From a virus, in the IMG/VR virus record IMGVR_UViG_3300021959_000011, positions 76,927 through 140,926 of that record: 64,000 bases of DNA. The stretch is one strand, 5' to 3'. Of this stretch, positions 40,084-48,934 are shown piece by piece (position 1 is the first letter of the stretch; each line of letters starts with the position of its first letter). The notes beneath the pieces were generated by a model. The model worked only from the letters and a program-made list of their open reading frames with translations. It was not told the origin of the DNA and searched no databases. The position numbers and the translations under genes are program-made.

Positions 40084-40664
40084 TCAGTAATAATATTATA
40101 GATTTCTTTCCAGTTCCGAACCCGATGAGCACTACCATCATAATCAGTGTTGTGGTCATGGGCAACCAGTAAACTGTGTAAACCGTTATCAAGTCCAACT
40201 TCGGCATTCTCAGGTTTATCTTCAACCCAATAACAACCAGTACCATGATACTCGGCAAGAGCCTCGTCTTTGTCGGCACCAGTGTCTAGATAAACATACC
40301 GTTCAAACGCACTATCACCAAACAGTTCCCGAAGGTTCTTAGTCCGAAGGTGTTGTGCATATTGATCGTTACTCAAACTAGTAATCGCATGGAAAATATA
40401 ACCATGTTCTTCGTGGAGTTTTTTGACATACTTGATTGCATCCCGAAGGGGAGGTAATTTCCGTATCCAGGCACTCTCGTTAAACATCCGAATCAACCGT
40501 TTACTTTCTTTCCGATCAAGTCCATATTTAACGTCCATTTTATAGTCACCATGACTCATGACTTGATACCCATGCCGGGCCATCCAACAGTCAAAGGCAT
40601 ACTCCCAATCAAGGAGCACACCATCACAGTCAACTAGTATTGTTTTTTCTTTATTTGCAATCAT
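40080..40664 (-). CDS. HAD-family 5'(3')-nucleotidase-like
   Basis: ILVDCDGVLLDW; WVEDK. Confidence 0.85.
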   Translation of the reverse strand: MIANKEKTILVDCDGVLLDWEYAFDCWMARHGYQVMSHGDYKMDVKYGLDRKESKRLIRMFNESAWIRKLPPLRDAIKYVKKLHEEHGYIFHAITSLSNDQYAQHLRTKNLRELFGDSAFERYVYLDTGADKDEALAEYHGTGCYWVEDKPENAEVGLDNGLHSLLVAHDHNTDYDGSAHRVRNWKEIYNIITD

Positions 40665-40728
40665 TATTTACTTTCTCTAACTTACATATACAATATAACT
40701 GATTCGCACATGAAAGTCAAGCATTATT

Positions 40729-41070
40729 TTACCGAAGGTAGTTAGGTCCTGTCCATTGAATATCATAATCTTCAAAGACATTTCCCCGAGCGGCATTCCG
40801 AGCAGGAGCATTCCACCCTGCAGCTTTCAGAATATCACCATACTTGAATTTCTTGTCATTATTAACAGCAACAACAAAACCCCAAACAGAACCATTGGTA
40901 ATAATTTTGATGTACTTATTACCTTCATTCCAAGAGATTTTTTCGTTGAATTGTGCAATCATAGTTTCATTGATTTCAGACAACTCTTTAGTGTAATTTC
41001 TAGAAGTCCACCGCAAGTAGTCTTCTTTGATGTTTTCAACAAGAGTGGTTATTTGATTTTCAATGGTCAT
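40729..41070 (-). CDS. Conserved early phage hypothetical protein
   Basis: GDILKAAGWNAPARNAARGN. Confidence 0.7.
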   Translation of the reverse strand: MTIENQITTLVENIKEDYLRWTSRNYTKELSEINETMIAQFNEKISWNEGNKYIKIITNGSVWGFVVAVNNDKKFKYGDILKAAGWNAPARNAARGNVFEDYDIQWTGPNYLR

Positions 41071-41193
41071 AGATTTCTCTCTCTTTTCTCTAACTTACAT
41101 ATACAGTATATGATATAATGACCCAAGAGTCAAGCGTTTTGAGTAAAAAAAGTGAAATATAAGCCTTTATAAAACAAAGACTTATATTTTTTT

Positions 41194-41673
41194 TTAAAAT
41201 TTATTGAGATATTTTGCAATATGACCCACAAAGGGAAGTAACATTATTGCCATTAATAGGTTCATTCCTGTATGTGCCATTGCGATTCGCAGGGTATCTC
41301 CTTTTGGAATTCCATCAGATACGAACAACCCAGCCAACCAGATTGTGCCAGTTGTACCTATATTTGCACCAAGAACACATGCAATTGCAGCGGGCAATGG
41401 TAAAGCTCCAGAGGCAACTAGTGCAATAATTGCAGTTGTTGATAAACTAGACGATTGCCATAAGAGTGTCATGATAATACCACCAAAGAACATATAAAGT
41501 GGGTTGCCTAAAAAGAATGATAGATGTTCCATATTCCCCATAGACTTCATACCACCAGAGAATGTTTTAAGACCGATATAAAAAATAACAAGTCCGATTA
41601 AGGCAGTTATGACAGGGTTTCCTAAATCCATTTTACTAACTTTCTTCCAAAGTTTTTTATGTTGTTTTTTCAC
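41194..41673 (-). CDS. Na/Pi cotransporter-family protein (single repeat)
   Basis: QSSSLST and GANIGTT signatures; GTG start after AAAGGAA. Confidence 0.85.
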   Translation of the reverse strand: MKKQHKKLWKKVSKMDLGNPVITALIGLVIFYIGLKTFSGGMKSMGNMEHLSFFLGNPLYMFFGGIIMTLLWQSSSLSTTAIIALVASGALPLPAAIACVLGANIGTTGTIWLAGLFVSDGIPKGDTLRIAMAHTGMNLLMAIMLLPFVGHIAKYLNKF

Positions 41674-41707
41674 AGAGAATTCCTTTCTTGAAAACTCACG
41701 CAAATAG

Positions 41708-42238
41708 TTATATCCAAATTTTAGGATAAAATTCAGTTTTTGTCGTATCCTTATCGAAAAGATACCAACAAGAATTATCTTTACCAGTATGTTTTGAACC
41801 TTCAATCCATTTAACTCTACCAATAGATACTATCTTACTGCACATAGGCAAATATGGTGTTGCCTGTTTTGTGTGCATCCAATCCGCATCAAAGAGTAAC
41901 CATGTAGGTGCCTGCTTGGTAAAATGTAGAATCATAGGATGTAATAACCACCTAGTCCAAGGTGGATTTGTAATAATTAAATCCACATTTTCTGGAATTG
42001 TAGAATCGAGTGCATCTTTCTTTTCTACCCAATCAACTTGGGGGTCACAATCAGATGCACCTATTGATTTGCCGTTTGTAAGGCCTTCTGTAAACTTTAC
42101 AAGTCTACCATCCCCTGCACATGGTTCCCAAAATGTGAAATCATGTTGTGGTAAGAATGGAATTAGAGGACGAAATGCATCCTCTGGAGTAGGATACAAA
42201 TCATTTTTTCTACGGCGAAATTCACTACGTTTACCCAT
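41708..42238 (-). CDS. Orphan amino-DNA methyltransferase (N6-A/N4-C)
   Basis: YPTP, EPCAGDG (motif I), ITNPPW (motif IV). Confidence 0.8.
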   Translation of the reverse strand: MGKRSEFRRRKNDLYPTPEDAFRPLIPFLPQHDFTFWEPCAGDGRLVKFTEGLTNGKSIGASDCDPQVDWVEKKDALDSTIPENVDLIITNPPWTRWLLHPMILHFTKQAPTWLLFDADWMHTKQATPYLPMCSKIVSIGRVKWIEGSKHTGKDNSCWYLFDKDTTKTEFYPKIWI

Positions 42239-42515
42239 CTTCGTTATTATCAAATTTAGGAGTGAATGTTTCCATTAGAGCTTCAATATCTTCTATTTCT
42301 CCGGCAACTTCACTCATATTCTGTTTATGATAAATCCTAGACATTTTACGTAAAATCTTTTTAGGAATATCAACTTCTTCTGACAAGTTTTCGATTGCTT
42401 CCTTGACAAAACTTCTTTCACCCTCAGTACGTGTATACGAATTACTAATTTCTTCCATACACTCACGTATTTTTTTCTGATCTTGAGGATTTGATGGGAT
42501 TATTATACCAGACAT
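42231..42515 (-). CDS. dsbA: T4-like dsDNA-binding protein DsbA
   Basis: EISNSYTRTEGERSFVKE...PKKILRKMSRIYHKQN. Confidence 0.7.
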   Translation of the reverse strand: MSGIIIPSNPQDQKKIRECMEEISNSYTRTEGERSFVKEAIENLSEEVDIPKKILRKMSRIYHKQNMSEVAGEIEDIEALMETFTPKFDNNEDG

Positions 42516-42540
42516 ATTTCACCTTAGATAATTAATTAAA

Positions 42541-42576
42541 ATGGGCCCGTTCTGTTACTAAGTGGAACCCATACTC
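42541..42576 (-). promoter_or_regulatory. 3' hairpin resembling the tmRNA coding-piece 3' end
   Basis: GAGT-N8-CACTTAGTAACAGAA vs tmRNA GAGT-N8-CACTTGGCAACAGAA. Confidence 0.55.
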
Positions 42577-42588
42577 TAGTTTAACTAC

Positions 42589-42858
42589 TTATGCAGTGCG
42601 TAGTGCAGCATGTCCAGCGGCAACAACAGCGCGAGTAGGCGTACCAATCATATATTTCATATACGACTTGCCATCAAATGATGATGTACGTTTATTGAGA
42701 TAGATTGAATACCCCTCACTACGAAGTTTACTAATCACCGCACGTACATTTTTCACACCATATCGTGCAGAAATTTGTTTTGCGGTTAATTGAGCACCAC
42801 CCAATAGGGCGTTTGCTACTCTAGTAGTTTGAGTTTCTTTTCTAGTTGTATTAGTCAT
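42589..42858 (-). CDS. Winged-HTH DNA-binding protein
   Basis: LTAKQISARYGVKNVRAVISKLRSEGY; Ala-rich C-terminus. Confidence 0.75.
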   Translation of the reverse strand: MTNTTRKETQTTRVANALLGGAQLTAKQISARYGVKNVRAVISKLRSEGYSIYLNKRTSSFDGKSYMKYMIGTPTRAVVAAGHAALRTA

Positions 42859-43136
42859 ATTATATTCTCCTGTAGATTACATGACAAAGTTTCAGTTTTA
42901 AGTCTTTTGGTTTCGGTAGAACTCACACCGATACATTAGAAATGTGTCAGAATCTACCTGTCATCATTTCCATATGTTCTAATTTCATTAAGGCCATTTC
43001 TTCGTTTGCAGATTGAAGTTCGGATCCATATATTTCTTCCCAATATTCTTTACCCATTCTACCATACGAGTTGACATATTGTTCCTTTGTCATCCACGTA
43101 ATATCTTCTTCCATCGCAAAAACAAACTGACCCATT

Positions 43137-43496
43137 TTACTCATTTTCATCTCCAAATAGTCTATTCACTTTTTTAGATTCCCCCATATAAAGACACCAT
43201 AAGGCGGCAGAAAATATAAGTATAGAGGAAAATCCAACAATACCACTTATTAGTTGATATCCATTTACATACATTTGTATGGAGGCAGTAATACCTAATA
43301 TACCAGTAATGGGGGCATAAGGACCAAACATTACTGCACCTTCTTCCGAATAATTCAAAGTGTGTACAATCTTAATATTACCAGAAAATACTGTCAATGG
43401 AATTATAAGGGATATCCATGGCAATATTTGCATTGCCATGGGATTGTGAAAGGAGGCCAATAACAAGACTGGCAAAATTAGGACAATTGGTAGCAT
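43137..43496 (-). CDS. Multi-TM membrane protein
   Basis: ORF track; hydrophobic. Confidence 0.6.
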   Translation of the reverse strand: MLPIVLILPVLLLASFHNPMAMQILPWISLIIPLTVFSGNIKIVHTLNYSEEGAVMFGPYAPITGILGITASIQMYVNGYQLISGIVGFSSILIFSAALWCLYMGESKKVNRLFGDENE

Positions 43497-43747
43497 TATG
43501 ATTCCACGGTTGCAGATACTACACTATCAACACGAAATGCACGCCATGCATCTTTATCTAAATCCCACACCGAACGAGAATCTAAATTCACTTTCTTTGT
43601 AGAAATTTCCGCAGCTGCAGGCGGCAAGAAATCTTCTATGAGGGTACAACGCATATTTCTAGTTTCACCATTCAATTTAGTGAATTGGACATTCACAATA
43701 TTAGTTTGTAACATTTCTGTTAAAGTTTCAAAATTCATAAGAGTCAT
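43496..43747 (-). CDS. SH3/WYL-like beta-barrel protein
   Basis: V.FTKLNGETRNMRCTL...VWDLDKDAWRAFR. Confidence 0.75.
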   Translation of the reverse strand: MTLMNFETLTEMLQTNIVNVQFTKLNGETRNMRCTLIEDFLPPAAAEISTKKVNLDSRSVWDLDKDAWRAFRVDSVVSATVES

Positions 43748-43807
43748 CCTTTCTTGATTAAGTTATATATACGATTATATCCGATTATATCCGATTTGTC
43801 AAGTAAT

Positions 43808-44689
43808 TTATACTGCCATTTCAGCTTTAATTGCATCATGGTGTCTGTAATTTTCCAACTTAAAATCATCGACAGTATAATTTCCCAGATGTTTGTCTGG
43901 ATTAATCCAAAGTTTTGGGAACATGTATGGTGTGCGTTTGATTTGTTTCTCTACCGCATCGATGTGGTTATTGTAAATATGCACATCTCCACCAATCCAT
44001 ATTAACTCTTTGGCATAGTAACCAAGTTCCTTTGCAATGATATAAGTTAACAGAGAATAACTTGCAATATTAAAAGGTACACCTAAAAACAAATCGCAAC
44101 TTCTTTGATACAATGCACAAGAAAGTCCACCATCTTCACTTAGATGAAATTGACACATTAAGTGACAAGGTGGTAATGCCATCTTATCAAGATCATCAAC
44201 ATTCCATGCAGATAAAATATGTCGGCGACTACGTGGATCTTTGACTAAGTTAATCAACAATTCCCTTATTTGGTCAGTACCATTCCAATCTCTCCACTGT
44301 ACTCCATATATAGGTCCAAGAATACCATCATCATACCCTAACTCAACACCCTGTTTGTTTGCATTCGCCGTCCAGATAGTTTTCTTGTCTTTTAACTCAT
44401 CTCTATCTTTGTTATAATGAATTTCTGCTAGGCGTCTTTCATCATCAGAACCTTCAAGAAACCATAAAAGTTCTGAAACAACACTTTTAAATGCAAGTTT
44501 CTTTGTTGTTAAAACTGGTATTTGTTCTCTCAAATTTATATTTAATGTTGCATGAAAAATTGACTTTGTACCAACTCCAGTACGGTCTTTTCGATCTTCG
44601 CCGGTATCTAGTACATGATATAATAAATCTTGATACTCAACTTCCCATATGTTACCATATCTATGTAACATTTCCATTTCTAAACTCAT
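43808..44689 (-). CDS. thyA: Thymidylate synthase
   Basis: DRTGVGT, GPIYGVQWR, MALPPCH, YQRSCD..LGVPFNIASY. Confidence 0.97.
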   Translation of the reverse strand: MSLEMEMLHRYGNIWEVEYQDLLYHVLDTGEDRKDRTGVGTKSIFHATLNINLREQIPVLTTKKLAFKSVVSELLWFLEGSDDERRLAEIHYNKDRDELKDKKTIWTANANKQGVELGYDDGILGPIYGVQWRDWNGTDQIRELLINLVKDPRSRRHILSAWNVDDLDKMALPPCHLMCQFHLSEDGGLSCALYQRSCDLFLGVPFNIASYSLLTYIIAKELGYYAKELIWIGGDVHIYNNHIDAVEKQIKRTPYMFPKLWINPDKHLGNYTVDDFKLENYRHHDAIKAEMAV

Positions 44690-45171
44690 CCATACACCTT
44701 AAACTGCAAATCATCAAAATCACTTTGGGCCAACCACATGCGTTTACTTTTCATACTATCCAAATTATCTTTAGGTATAAAAGTATCACAATCATATGAA
44801 TCTGGAAATTCTGTTATATAAAATCTTTCGATTAAATCCCAATATTCGGTAAGTACTTTTGCACCACCTATGATGAATAATTCCTTATTATTATTTTTTT
44901 CCAACCAAGATCTAGCATCTTGAATAGATACTGTGTCCAAATTTTCATAATATGGTAAACTGTTTACTTTACTAGTAATTACTACATTATGTCTTTTAGG
45001 CAATGGTTTGGGCATATTGGGGTCATCCCAAGTATTTTTGCCCATAACCACTATCTTATTTGTTGTGTGAGAACGAAACCATCTAAAATCTCTATCGTTT
45101 TTTGGCCATGGCAAAGTACCATCTTTACCAATACCACCATTTGCATCCATTGCAAAAATGGCATTAATCAT
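44686..45171 (-). CDS. folA: Dihydrofolate reductase
   Basis: IGKDGTLPW, VMGKNTW, PLPKRHN, IIGG. Confidence 0.93.
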   Translation of the reverse strand: MINAIFAMDANGGIGKDGTLPWPKNDRDFRWFRSHTTNKIVVMGKNTWDDPNMPKPLPKRHNVVITSKVNSLPYYENLDTVSIQDARSWLEKNNNKELFIIGGAKVLTEYWDLIERFYITEFPDSYDCDTFIPKDNLDSMKSKRMWLAQSDFDDLQFKVYG

Positions 45172-45842
45172 TGCATAACCATTGGTTTACGTTTTGGGTC
45201 TCCCCAATGATCTTTTGCATTTACTCTAATAAATTTTTTATTGGTTTCGTTTTTATTTGGATTTTCAATAGTCAAGACTACATTCTTTCCCAACATCCAA
45301 GACTTTTGTTGATTTAGAATTCGACGTGTCGCATAATCTGGATCATTTTTACTACGACTCTTTGTAGTACCATGAATACCTTTACTGGTTTCTCCAGACC
45401 GTAACTTTTTCTTACCCATGTTGCAATTCCTTAAATGGTTTCAAGGTCTTTGCAAATGCGCGGGCGTTATCTTCATTCAAGAAGAATTTAGTCGTGACTT
45501 CAGGACCACCTTCGCGTGACCAAGGTGAAGAAAAATCGATATGTTTTACCTCATATCCATAAATTTCTCTGCGATCTCCCACATTTTTAACTTTTACAAT
45601 ATGTGGACTTCTTTTCTTTTCCATTTTATATTCACTCTCCATACTACAGTTGATTTATTCAATATAACAGATGTTTATTTATTTGTCAATGGTTTTTCGC
45701 AGTTAGTTAAACAATATTTATTTAACTGGTTAGTTGTTGTTTCACACAAATAGGTAAATGCACCGGCGCAGATTACTACAAAAATCAAAAAGTATGTAAA
45801 CTTTGACCTTATTTCCATAGTGAGTAAAGACATGACCTTTCC

Positions 45843-46280
45843 TTAGGCGTTGCTGGTTTCTTTTGACAATAAATCAGGAAAGGTTTCGCGAACTAATTTT
45901 TCTGTGACTCCAGAAATTTTAAATTTTTTGCAGATAATCTTAACTAAAATTTCTGCATCATTTGCGTTTAAACTTTCTAGTTGTCTGACAAGTATACGTT
46001 CTTTTTGTTTCTCTGATTGATTTTTCATATTTTCAGTATAAAATAGATGTATTTTTCGCATTGCCAATGTCATGTTACTTATAGACAAACCAGCAGGATC
46101 ATCAGCTGGGGTCCACATAGGTAGTGTCTTCTGGGTATAACCAAAGTCAATATTTTTTTCAAACATATGAATTAATATAGTTTGTAAAGTTTTATTATTA
46201 TTATTTATTAAAATATCTTTTTTAGCGTTCACAGATCTGGTACTTTCTAATTCTTGCACCAATTCATGAAAAAGTTTCAT
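45843..46280 (-). CDS. Conserved T4-like hypothetical protein
   Basis: LESLNANDAEILV...VRETFPDLL; follows rnh. Confidence 0.7.
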   Translation of the reverse strand: MKLFHELVQELESTRSVNAKKDILINNNNKTLQTILIHMFEKNIDFGYTQKTLPMWTPADDPAGLSISNMTLAMRKIHLFYTENMKNQSEKQKERILVRQLESLNANDAEILVKIICKKFKISGVTEKLVRETFPDLLSKETSNA

Positions 46281-47148
46281 ATTCTTGTTCCTTAAAATTT
46301 GATATCTCATCCATCATGAGTACCATTTTGTTTTCTATAAAATAGTTAAATACTTTTTGCATATCACCTTCGGGAGTTTTACTAAACTGAGATAAAACTT
46401 CTTCTTGTATTGCAGCGGGCACGAATGTTAAATCCACTAACTGTTCGTTTCTACGATATCGTGCCAACATATTTGCATCACAAAAATCTTCAGGGTTTCT
46501 ACCAGTATCCAACCAATCTTCTAGTTTTTTCTTAGATAAAGGTTTTTGTCTTTTTTCGTTTACAAAAACATCATCATCAGAAAGAACATTAGGAACACCA
46601 TCACCACGATCTCCGCGAATAATATGTTCACGAATATATTTATAAGGGTCTTCTGTCACTAAAAATTTCTTTAGAATAGGACTATATTGAGTCACATTAG
46701 GATATCGTTGCAACTGTTTAAAGTCTTTATCACTTGAAATTATAAGTATTTTCTCCTTAGTAGAAAACTGTTTAGTAAGAGTACCAATGATATCATCAGC
46801 CTCAGTCCTATCTACCTCGATAATTTTATAAGGAAATACCTTACGCAAATCTTGTTTTGTCTGCGTAATAGTATTAAAGATAAGATTCCAATCATAACCA
46901 GAATCTTCTCTTGTTTTTTTACGCATACCTTTGTAGTAAGGAAATACATCCTTTCTCCAAAAGTTTTTATTGTCGCAACATATTACAATGTTACCATAAT
47001 CATTCGCAAATCTTTTCTTGATACTAAGAATACTGTTTAGTATCATATGTTTTATTAGGTTTTGATCAAGCTCTTCTTCATCAGATAACTTGTTTATTTG
47101 TACCATTAGATTTGAAATGACCACTTGATTTAGGTCGATCAATATCAT
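46264..47148 (-). CDS. rnh: T4-type RNase H (5'-3' exonuclease)
   Basis: MILIDLNQ, EADDII, SSDKDF.QL, IRGD.GDGVPN. Confidence 0.93.
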   Translation of the reverse strand: MILIDLNQVVISNLMVQINKLSDEEELDQNLIKHMILNSILSIKKRFANDYGNIVICCDNKNFWRKDVFPYYKGMRKKTREDSGYDWNLIFNTITQTKQDLRKVFPYKIIEVDRTEADDIIGTLTKQFSTKEKILIISSDKDFKQLQRYPNVTQYSPILKKFLVTEDPYKYIREHIIRGDRGDGVPNVLSDDDVFVNEKRQKPLSKKKLEDWLDTGRNPEDFCDANMLARYRRNEQLVDLTFVPAAIQEEVLSQFSKTPEGDMQKVFNYFIENKMVLMMDEISNFKEQEYETFS

Positions 47149-47534
47149 AATATCACCATTATTTTGTTTACATTATTATTTATACACCAATTATAACATT
47201 AAATGTTGCAACTGTCAAGACTAAAATGGTACTTCTGGAGAATCTTCTTCAGATTTTCCAACAATTTTTACGATTTCTACGCGATTGAATGTAGTTTCGT
47301 CTTGTTTGTCGTATTCATTAAACGAGTGTTTTTTCACCGTACCGTTAAATGTAAAACATACTCCAACATCCAACTCTGGTTTTTCGTCGGAAAAGAATAC
47401 ACCAAATTTATTGGTTCTGGTAATAAATTTATATACATGGCGTAAACCATAGTCTGTGCGTACTTTTCGCACACCAAGAATTTTACCATACCAAACATCA
47501 CGTTCCATTAGTTTACCAATATATTTGTTTTCCA

Positions 47535-48104
47535 TTATACAACCTCGAACCATTCTGGGATATCTCGACCTGTCCAAATCATTTGGAAACGGTCTTGTTT
47601 TGTCTGATAAAATGCCTGATATGATTTAACAGGACATTCAAACATACATTCTGGGTTAGACTTCATTGCAAGTTTAAATGGTGTATACAAGTTTGACCAG
47701 TTAGTATGCGATGGAGGACGTTTTAGTATATCGCGCAATAAAGTGTCAGTAGAATGCACTTTATTGTACCTATAAGTGTACTCGTTACACAACCCAACAA
47801 AATGTTTGTAGTGCCACTCATAGTTTGCATTACTCTCCATTGTCCACAATGTAGAAGGGTGGCCTGGATGTACTGCCTTGTATAGTACATTTTCCATATT
47901 ACTATTTGGATGTACCCAATACTTAACCATACGTTTGCCAGATTTAGATGGACGTTTGGTTTCTCTACCGTCAAGCATACGATGAGCAGTTGACAACATT
48001 TGTGCAGATTCAACAATCATTTTCACAACATGTTTATCACATTGCAGTTGTGCAGCAATTACAGGATCGTTATCTAGTCTGAAAATATTCATGTACGTAC
48101 TCAC
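47535..48104 (-). CDS. Pyrimidine-dimer DNA glycosylase-like protein
   Basis: MNIF.LD, CDKHVVKMIVESAQMLSTAH, HPSTLW. Confidence 0.75.
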   Translation of the reverse strand: MSTYMNIFRLDNDPVIAAQLQCDKHVVKMIVESAQMLSTAHRMLDGRETKRPSKSGKRMVKYWVHPNSNMENVLYKAVHPGHPSTLWTMESNANYEWHYKHFVGLCNEYTYRYNKVHSTDTLLRDILKRPPSHTNWSNLYTPFKLAMKSNPECMFECPVKSYQAFYQTKQDRFQMIWTGRDIPEWFEVV

Positions 48105-48132
48105 TGTTATTGACTATACGTACATATTACCA

Positions 48133-48702
48133 CTATGATTCCGTATTGTCAAGTAAAAATTTACAAATATAAAAAGAATCTACTATATCAGAAACAGGAT
48201 TGCCTACTTTTTCACTTTTGATTTCAAATTCATCTTGCAGATTTCTACCACCATCAGAAATAAAACTCTCATACATCATTTCTTTTTTCGCATTTCCCTT
48301 ACCACTGGCGAATTTTTTGATGACTGTAGGAGCTACCACTTGATATGATAATTCTGCCTGCCATAATTTCCATTTTAGAAGTCCAGCATTTTCTGCGATA
48401 TGAAATACTTTTCCTGTAGAACCATAACTATAATCTTCTAATGCAATAGTGTCAATTTCGTCCGTAATAAGAATGTCCATTGCCCAATCAGAAATGAAAT
48501 CATATCGTTCTTCTGCGCTCTCAAAATCCGATAGATTTTGTTGTCCATCTATATTTTTATAATTATAGTTTGAAAGTTTTTTCTTGTTAGATAAAAAGTA
48601 TATCTTGCATTTTTCAAAACTAAAGTCTTGTTCTTCACCAACATATGTACACACCGCTGGTGATGTTAAACTATAGTCTATTCCTCCGATTCGCCGTACC
48701 AT
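48133..48702 (-). CDS. RuvC-like (RNase H fold) nuclease
   Basis: GIDYSLTSP, IALEDY, P...KKFASGKGNAKKE, DIVDS. Confidence 0.75.
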   Translation of the reverse strand: MVRRIGGIDYSLTSPAVCTYVGEEQDFSFEKCKIYFLSNKKKLSNYNYKNIDGQQNLSDFESAEERYDFISDWAMDILITDEIDTIALEDYSYGSTGKVFHIAENAGLLKWKLWQAELSYQVVAPTVIKKFASGKGNAKKEMMYESFISDGGRNLQDEFEIKSEKVGNPVSDIVDSFYICKFLLDNTES

Positions 48703-48863
48703 TCTTCATCCTCATCCATATAAGAGTCACTGTCTAATATATAGTCATCCAGAGACTCCCCACAGGCGGGGCAGAATTTTACGGTTTCATCTTCGTCTAC
48801 GTATTTAACAATAAATTCAACACCACAATAGTTACAATCTTGCAGCTGTTTATTCTTAGGCAT
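48678..48863 (-). CDS. Zinc-ribbon protein
   Basis: CNYC...CPACG. Confidence 0.7.
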   Translation of the reverse strand: MPKNKQLQDCNYCGVEFIVKYVDEDETVKFCPACGESLDDYILDSDSYMDEDEEWYGESEE

Positions 48864-48934
48864 AGTTGTGTTCTCCCAAATACCAGAAATTATTTAGGAG
48901 AACACTAATTTTAAAATGGTGTCTGAAAACCTAC

